This document shows, in pieces, positions 29,686 to 35,488 of a stretch of DNA of 35,488 bases. This DNA is from an uncultured delta proteobacterium. Its GTDB lineage: Bacteria; Myxococcota_A; Polyangia; Polyangiales; Polyangiaceae. Location of the stretch: contig CAVQUB010000026.1 in NCBI GenBank assembly GCA_963716725.1, forward strand, positions 1 to 35,488, written 5' to 3'. The translations under genes and the position numbers were made by a program. Under the pieces are notes generated by a model that was given only the letters and a program-made list of their open reading frames with translations, did no database searches and was not told the DNA's origin. Within the stretch, counting starts at the first letter, position 1. Every line of letters starts with the position of its first letter.

Positions 29686-30228
29686 GTGGATGGCGCCGGC
29701 CCGATCTCGTGGTTCGTCGTGTTTGCGATGGGGCAGGTCGCACCCTTGGCCCTCGCCCTCGGCGCGCTGCTCTTGCTGAAGATCGGGCGTGGCGGCTGGG
29801 ACATCAAAGACTGGGCCGTGGCCGTCGGCGCGGGCATCGCCGGTGCGGCCCTGATCATCTCGGCTTACGATCTGCGCGCACACTACCTCGACACTATCGG
29901 CGTCGATGGCACGGCCCTGCTCACGCGAAAGTGGATGGTCGAAGGCGACGACAGCACGAGCTACAAGGTCGCGGTCCAGCACAAGGGCTTCGAAGACGAC
30001 TTTGACGTCAGCGAGGGCTTCTTCGACTCGGTGACCCCGCCCGCCAACGTGCCCGTGCGCCTCGACCCCGACTACGCGGCGGAGTTCGTGCCCAAGTTTC
30101 GCGTGGCCAGCGCCTGGCCCCCGGTGGTGGTGGCCGCCTTGTTCGGCGTCGCGGCGCTGCTCGAGCTCTTGGTTTTCGCTTGGGTGCTCGCGCGGGGGGT
30201 CGATCGCTTCCGTTCGCGGGCGGCCTGA
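29686..30228 (+). CDS. Membrane protein of unknown function (DUF3592-like layout)
   Basis: Two N-terminal TM segments, soluble beta-rich part (VPVRLDPDY), C-terminal TM and basic tail. Confidence 0.65.
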   Translation: MDGAGPISWFVVFAMGQVAPLALALGALLLLKIGRGGWDIKDWAVAVGAGIAGAALIISAYDLRAHYLDTIGVDGTALLTRKWMVEGDDSTSYKVAVQHKGFEDDFDVSEGFFDSVTPPANVPVRLDPDYAAEFVPKFRVASAWPPVVVAALFGVAALLELLVFAWVLARGVDRFRSRAA

Positions 30229-30229
30229 C

Positions 30230-31510
30230 TCACTTCGGGACCACGCGCACCGACTCCACTGCCCGCTCCGACGACTCCTCGATCAGAAGCACCGTTCCAT
30301 CATCGAGAGTCACGCTCTCCCCGGGCTGTGGCACACGCCCCGCGCGCCGGAGGCACAGCCCGCCGACCGTGGTCCAGCCCTCGCCCTCCGGAAGGCCGAG
30401 CCGATGCTGGCGATTCAGGTCGCGAATGGGCACCTGGCCGCGGACCAGCAGCGAGCCATCCGGGGCGGCACGCATCGAGTCTGGCTCTGCGCCGTGCAGC
30501 TCCCCGAAGACGTCGCCCACCAGCTCTTCGACCAGATCGTCGAAGGTGACAATGCCCTTGGTTCCGCCGTTGGGCTCCCTCACGACGGCCAGGTGGGTGT
30601 GTCGCGCGCGCATTTCTTGGAGCACCAGAGAGGCCTCCATGGATTCCGCGGCGACGAAGGCGGGTCGGAGCAGATCTTCGAGGACGATCAGCTGACCCTC
30701 CCAGGCGAGAGGCAACAGATCCTTGTACAGGACGTAGCCGACGATAGTGTCGAGGTCGCCTTCGTAGACCGGAAGTCGGGAGTGCTCGTGCTCCAGGACC
30801 ACGCGACGGATCTGCTCGCTGTCGGCCCGGCGTTCGATGCCGACCACGCGCGTTCTCGGGATCATCACGTGGGACGCCTTCAGCTTGGCAAAGTCGAGCG
30901 CTCGCGTCGCGAGCTCGCCGACCCGCGGGTCGATGGTTCCAGAACGTGCGGCTTCTTCCACCAGCGTGCGGATCTCCTGGGGCGACAACCGAGTCTCGGC
31001 AAAGGTCGTCTCGTCGTCGAAGAACCGAAGCAGGAGGTTTGAAACCTTGGTCAAGGTCCAGACCAAAGGCTGCGCGACACGGGAGAGCGCCAAAAGACCC
31101 GGCGCCACGAAGAGCGCGTAGGGCTCGCGATGACGGAGGGCGAGGGACTTGGGCACCAGCTCGCCGAGCACGAGGGACAAGGACGAGATGATCAGCACGA
31201 CGCCGGCGATAGCGACCTCGCCGGCGACCTCGCCGAACCAAGGGGAGATCCACGGCGTCAGATCCCGAGCGAAGGTGGCGCCCCCGAAGGCGCCCGCCGT
31301 GGCGCTCACCACCGTGATCACGATTTGCACGGTGGCGAAGAATCGGTCGGGGTTCGCCCGCAGCGCGTGTACTGCACGGGCGCGCCGTGCCCCTGCCTCG
31401 ACGAGCGGCGCCAGGCGCGATCGTTCAAAGGCGACGATTGCTATTTCGGCGCCAGCGAACAACCCGTTGACCAGCACCAGGACCAGAATGACCAGGAGCT
31501 CCAGCAGCAT
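30230..31510 (-). CDS. HlyC/CorC (CNNM + CBS pair + CorC_HlyC) family transporter
   Basis: NGLFAGAEIAIV, FFATVQI, LGELVPKSLAL, VMIPR, HSRLPVY and GIVTFDDLVEELVG. Confidence 0.93.
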   Translation of the reverse strand: MLLELLVILVLVLVNGLFAGAEIAIVAFERSRLAPLVEAGARRARAVHALRANPDRFFATVQIVITVVSATAGAFGGATFARDLTPWISPWFGEVAGEVAIAGVVLIISSLSLVLGELVPKSLALRHREPYALFVAPGLLALSRVAQPLVWTLTKVSNLLLRFFDDETTFAETRLSPQEIRTLVEEAARSGTIDPRVGELATRALDFAKLKASHVMIPRTRVVGIERRADSEQIRRVVLEHEHSRLPVYEGDLDTIVGYVLYKDLLPLAWEGQLIVLEDLLRPAFVAAESMEASLVLQEMRARHTHLAVVREPNGGTKGIVTFDDLVEELVGDVFGELHGAEPDSMRAAPDGSLLVRGQVPIRDLNRQHRLGLPEGEGWTTVGGLCLRRAGRVPQPGESVTLDDGTVLLIEESSERAVESVRVVPK

Positions 31511-31624
31511 GGCCACCCCCGTGTGCCACATCTGCGGCGGCGCACCTTGCCGGTTGCTGCATCCCCGGGCTTTTGCGCTATGCTCCGCCCGCTTCGGCCG
31601 GCTTCTTTGCCTCGGGGGTCAGCG

Positions 31625-33022
31625 GTGACGGACAGCGAACGCTATCGGTCGGGAGACCACATTGCCGGAAAGTACGAGCTCGTACGCAAGCTCGACGAGG
31701 GCGGTATGGGCACGGTGTTCGCCGCGCGCAACCTCGACCTGGACGTGCACGTCGCGCTCAAGCTCCTGCGCCCCGAGCTCTCGGAGACGCACGCCGCCGA
31801 GCGGCTCTTGGCCGAGGCGCGCATGCTCGCGCGGCTTCAGCACCCGGCGGTGGTCCGCGTGCACGACTGCGGCCGAACCGACCACGGTGACCCTTTCGTG
31901 GCCATGGAGTTGCTCGACGGCGAGAGCCTGGCCAATCACATGGCGCGGCGAGGACGCGTCTCGGCCATCGAAGCGGTGTCGCTCGTGTTGCCCGTCGTCG
32001 ACGGTCTACGGGTCGCTCACGAGGCTGGCATCGTGCATCGCGACATCAAGCCCGAGAACATCTTCTTGGCCCGCGTCGGCGGACGCATGCAGCCCAAGAT
32101 CATCGACTTCGGCATCGCGCTGGCCGAAGCCATTGCTGGGCGACGCACCACTCACGGCGCAATCCTGGGCAGCCCGGTCTACATGTCGCCCGAACAGGCG
32201 CGTGGAGCCGAGGTGGGCGCGAGCACCGATCTTTGGGCGCTGTCCGTGGTTTTGTTCGAGCTCGTCAGCGCGATGTTGCCCTTCAACGGCGACAACTATC
32301 ACGCCGTGCTTTGCTCGATCATCGAAGACGAATGCCCGAGCCTGACCGAGTTTGGTGCGGGCGACGAGTTGTTCGCGGCCATCGTCGAGCGAGGGCTCAG
32401 CAAGGATCCGTCGCGGCGCTTCGCGAGCGCCAAGGAGCTCGGCACCGCCCTGGCAGAGTGGCTGCTCGGACAAGGCGTGAGCGAAGACGCGGCGCACGTC
32501 TCGCTGCGTGCGGGCTGGCTCGCACGGGCCTCGGAGCCGCCGGCCTCACTCTTGCCGATGGTGGTGGGACCGAGCGATCGTCCACCGGCAGACTCGCGCG
32601 AGACCCTGGCCCGGTACAGCCAGCGGGCCGCGCCGCGAGTCACCACCAGCGAGAGCGCCCGCCACTCGGTGCCGGGCTTGAGCCTGACCTCGAGCCAGGC
32701 GGGACGACGGAGTCGCCGACTCTGGATCGCGGGCGGCGCCACCGCGGCGCTGCTGTTCGCGGCCGGGGTAATCTGGCTCCGGTCGGCCGCGACCAGCCTT
32801 GCGGCATCGAGCGCGGCTCCCGAGCAGTCCGTCGCGCCGAGCGCCGCGCCGCCGAAGGTCGATCTGGAGAGCCCGGTCGCCGCCGATGCGGGCGCGGCGC
32901 CCGCGATGCCGCCAGCTGTCGAGCCGGCGCCCAGACCGAACCCGAAGGCACGGACGCCGGAGCAGGGGCCCAAGCGTCGTCTCGAGAAGTCTCACGAGAA
33001 GTTCCGGCCGCGCGGGATCTGA
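31625..33022 (+). CDS. Ser/Thr protein kinase with TM helix and Pro-rich C-terminus (alternative start 31580)
   Basis: EGGMGTVF, VALK, HRDIKPENI, DFGIA and GSPVYMSPEQ; TM LWIAGGATAALLFAAGVIWL; ends FRPRGI. Confidence 0.93.
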   Translation: MTDSERYRSGDHIAGKYELVRKLDEGGMGTVFAARNLDLDVHVALKLLRPELSETHAAERLLAEARMLARLQHPAVVRVHDCGRTDHGDPFVAMELLDGESLANHMARRGRVSAIEAVSLVLPVVDGLRVAHEAGIVHRDIKPENIFLARVGGRMQPKIIDFGIALAEAIAGRRTTHGAILGSPVYMSPEQARGAEVGASTDLWALSVVLFELVSAMLPFNGDNYHAVLCSIIEDECPSLTEFGAGDELFAAIVERGLSKDPSRRFASAKELGTALAEWLLGQGVSEDAAHVSLRAGWLARASEPPASLLPMVVGPSDRPPADSRETLARYSQRAAPRVTTSESARHSVPGLSLTSSQAGRRSRRLWIAGGATAALLFAAGVIWLRSAATSLAASSAAPEQSVAPSAAPPKVDLESPVAADAGAAPAMPPAVEPAPRPNPKARTPEQGPKRRLEKSHEKFRPRGI

Positions 33023-33066
33023 TCGATCTTGGTCTGGGCGATCGGAGGCTGATAGTCTAGCCGATT

Positions 33067-33086
33067 GGCCCAGTTTATTTTGGGCC
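33067..33086. promoter_or_regulatory. Short inverted repeat with AT-rich loop (possible operator or terminator hairpin)
   Basis: ggccca-gtttattt-tgggcc in the intergenic gap between the kinase stop and the next start. Confidence 0.3.
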
Positions 33087-33095
33087 TGCCGCACG

Positions 33096-33568
33096 ATGAC
33101 GAGCTCCCCCCACGAGCCGACTCGAATCGGACGCTACGAGCTGGCGCTCGCGCTCCCGGATGGCCCTTTGGGCGAGCTGTGGGCGGGCGCGGCGACCGAT
33201 GGTGCCGAACAAGGGCGCGTGGTCAGCTAGCACGCCCTGCCAAGCGCAGACTGGCGCCGTTGATCGTGGCTGGCGTCGGGGTCGTCGTGATCCTGGTCGC
33301 AGCATTGATGCGGACCGGCGCCAGCGACGCCGGCGATGGAGCAGCGACCACCGCTCCTTCCAAGCCCACGCCGCCGTCGACACCCAACGCAGCGCCGGCC
33401 CCGGCGCCCACCGCCACTGCGACCGAGCTCGTCGAGCCCGACCCGGCGCCATCGGCGAGCGAGGCACCCGCACCGAACTCATCAGTGCCGAAGATGCGCC
33501 CGCGCGACGGGCGCCCGGTGCCACCTCCGCCGCCGACACAAGGTGGATTCCGCCCGAAGGGGATTTGA
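33096..33568 (+). pseudogene. Internally deleted kinase-like gene (kinase N-lobe start fused to TM/Pro-rich tail)
   Basis: MTSSPHEPTRIGRYELALALPDGPLGELWAG...GRVVS-stop(33230), then in another frame KRRLAPLIVAGVGVVVILVAALM + Pro-rich + FRPKGI. Confidence 0.6.
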
Positions 33569-33614
33569 GCCGCTTTCAGGGGTGGCTGAAGGCACCGTGT
33601 TACCTTGCTCGGAC

Positions 33615-34633
33615 ATGGCTAGCCGGGTCGCTGTCGCTCTGTTCGCCATCGGACTTCTCGCGCCCTGCGCGGCGGCGGCCGCCGGGGTGCCCATCGAGAA
33701 GGCCGGAAAAGAACAGCTCAAAGCCGCGCAACGGACCTTCGAAGCCGGGGACGGGTTGTTCGACGCCAAGCGCTACAAAGAGGCGATCACCGCCTACCGC
33801 GCGTCGTACGAGATCGTCGCCAGCCCCAACTCGCGCTTGATGATCGCGCGGTCCCTCGCCGCCCTCGGCCAGCTCGACGACGCGTACTACGAGCTCGTGG
33901 GTGCGGTGTACGATGCCAAGAACGCGGCCGCCGCTGATGCGAAGTACGCGATGACCATGAAGGCCGCCGAAGCCGAGCTTGCTGCCATGGAACCGAAAGT
34001 TGGACGTGTCGAGCTGGTGGTCGCCGACTCGATGAGAGACTCCAGGATCAACGTCGGGCCCCGCACGATCGCGATCCTCGACCTCGACAAACCCGTGGTG
34101 GTGACCCCGGGTGACATCGTGGTCTACGCCAAACGGGCCGACGGCAAATCGCTCCGCAAGGTGGTCAGCGTTGCGGCCGGCGCCACCGAGAAGGTGGAGC
34201 TCGACATTCCGGCGGATGCCCCGGCGACCTCGGAGCCCGTTGCAACTGACCCCACGCCCGCGGCGCCCAGTATGGCGCCTGCGGATGCGCCGAAGAAGTC
34301 GAGATCGCTCCGCACCGTTGCGTACGTTGCGGGTGGCGTCGGCGTCGTGGGGGTGGCGACCTTCGCGGTGTTCGGGCTGATGAACAAGTCGAAGTTCGAC
34401 GACCTCGAATCGAGTTGCGCCGATGGGCACTGCGGGTCAGGCCGTCAGGACGACATCGACGCGGGGCGCCGCTTCCAGACCATCGCCAACGTCGGGCTCG
34501 CGGTGGGCGTGATTGGGCTGGGCACGGGTGCAACGCTGTTCTTTCTGTCGGGCGACTCGAAGAAACCCGAAAATCAGCGTCGCTGCGCGTGCGGGTTGCC
34601 CCTGGGTACGCTTCATTCGGAGGGCGCTTCTGA
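33615..34633 (+). CDS. Secreted TPR + PEGA-like protein with C-terminal hydrophobic hairpin (frameshift near 34575)
   Basis: Signal peptide; FEAGDGLFDAKRYKEAITAYRASY TPR-like; VVVTPGDIVV; TM-like segments; the corrected end ASLRVRVAPGYASFGGRF finishes in an aromatic residue. Confidence 0.8.
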
Positions 34634-35488
34634 TGCACACCCGCGGTCTCTTCGTCGTGGCGCTGATCGATCGCCTCGGCTGGCGGCGTGCGGTCACGAC
34701 TACGATCAGTTCGACACCGCCAGCACGGGCGGCGGCGCGCGGCACCAGCGCCGAGCCGGCGGCGCGACCGCGGCGGCGGCACGCCGGCGGCGGCGGCCGA
34801 CGAGCCGGCGGCGGCACGACCAGCGGCGGCGGCACGACCAGCGGCGGCGGCACGACCAGCGGCGGCGGCACGACCAGCGGCGGCGGCACGACCGGCGGCG
34901 GCGGCACGACCAGCGGCGGCGGCACGACCAGCGGCGGCGGGCACGACCGGCAGCGGCGGCACGACCAGCGGCGGCGGCACCGGCGGTGGATGCTGACGGG
35001 ACAGAAGCTGTGCGGGTCCAACTGCGTGGCGGTGACGGATCCCGCCACGGGCTGTAGCGGCGCCAGTTGTGCCGCGTGCGCGCTGGCCAATGCCACCGCC
35101 AAGTGCGGCGGCACGGGCCCAGTGTGTGACGTGGAGAGCTGCCAGGGCACCCACGCCAACTGCGACGGTCAGCCTGCCAACGGCTGCGAGCAGGATCTCA
35201 CCGAGAGCCACAACAAGCACTGTGGGAGCTGCGCCAACGACTGCACGACTCAAGGCTTCACTTCGATCTTCACCTGCGCGAGTCTCTCTGTCGCTGCACC
35301 AGTCCCGATCAGTGTAAAGACTGGCGGAGCAGGCACGGCGACGTGCAACGGCAACGGCCGCTGCTCGTGCACGGCACCGAATGCATGCCGGGCGGCATGC
35401 AAGAAGGTGGGGCCCAACCAGGCTGCGCTGCAATGGCGGAGCCGCCTGCGTCCAGGCCGGGTCTGTTGCGCTGGCGCGGCGGGCTGCA
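34633..35488 (+). CDS. Gly-rich, Cys-rich lipoprotein, multiply frameshifted, runs off the window
   Basis: TGATG coupling with the upstream gene; MHTRGLFVVALI...LAACGHDYDQF; GGGTTS linker; GQKLCGSNCVAVTDPATGCSGASCAACALANATAKC; NCDGQPANGCE. Confidence 0.7.
   Translation, partial: MHTRGLFVVALIDRLGWRRAVTTTISSTPPARAAARGTSAEPAARPRRRHAGGGGRRAGGGTTSGGGTTSGGGTTSGGGTTSGGGTTGGGGTTSGGGTTSGGGHDRQRRHDQRRRHRRWMLTGQKLCGSNCVAVTDPATGCSGASCAACALANATAKCGGTGPVCDVESCQGTHANCDGQPANGCEQDLTESHNKHCGSCANDCTTQGFTSIFTCASLSVAAPVPISVKTGGAGTATCNGNGRCSCTAPNACRAACKKVGPNQAALQWRSRLRPGRVCCAGAAGC
34805..34985 (+). repeat. Coding 18-bp tandem repeat (GGGTTS linker)
   Basis: ggcggcggcacgaccagc repeated about 9-10 times with minor variants. 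Confidence 0.85.

Overview
High-GC (roughly 70% by eye) bacterial chromosomal window. From about 1.3 kb onward it looks like a myxobacterium (Polyangiales-like), with a MYXO-CTERM trypsin protease, several Ser/Thr kinases, many Gly/Cys-rich lipoproteins and a TPR/PEGA-type protein. Housekeeping and metabolic genes include enolase, NAD kinase, a NUDIX hydrolase, WS/DGAT, serine acetyltransferase, Nif3, an aldo-keto reductase and HlyC/CorC. Many single-base frameshifts, including two in enolase, point to unpolished long-read sequence. The first ~1.29 kb (acetoacetyl-CoA synthetase) is joined mid-gene to an unrelated gene and is probably a chimera. The most interesting signals are four. (1) A DUF2760 + two atypical Hsp70 locus, in which the DUF2760 protein carries recognisable GrpE-like motifs, suggesting a dedicated non-canonical chaperone/ATPase system. 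(2) Two intergenic 51-bp tandem arrays ~9 kb apart that are ~80% identical in opposite orientation and share a CGAC-CAC-GTCG core. (3) Back-to-back -10-like boxes and many probable leaderless starts. (4) Two internally deleted genes, and an uncharacterised diiron ferritin-like gene next to Nif3. No tRNA, rRNA, CRISPR or transposase was recognised. All family assignments come from motif recognition by eye, not database searches.
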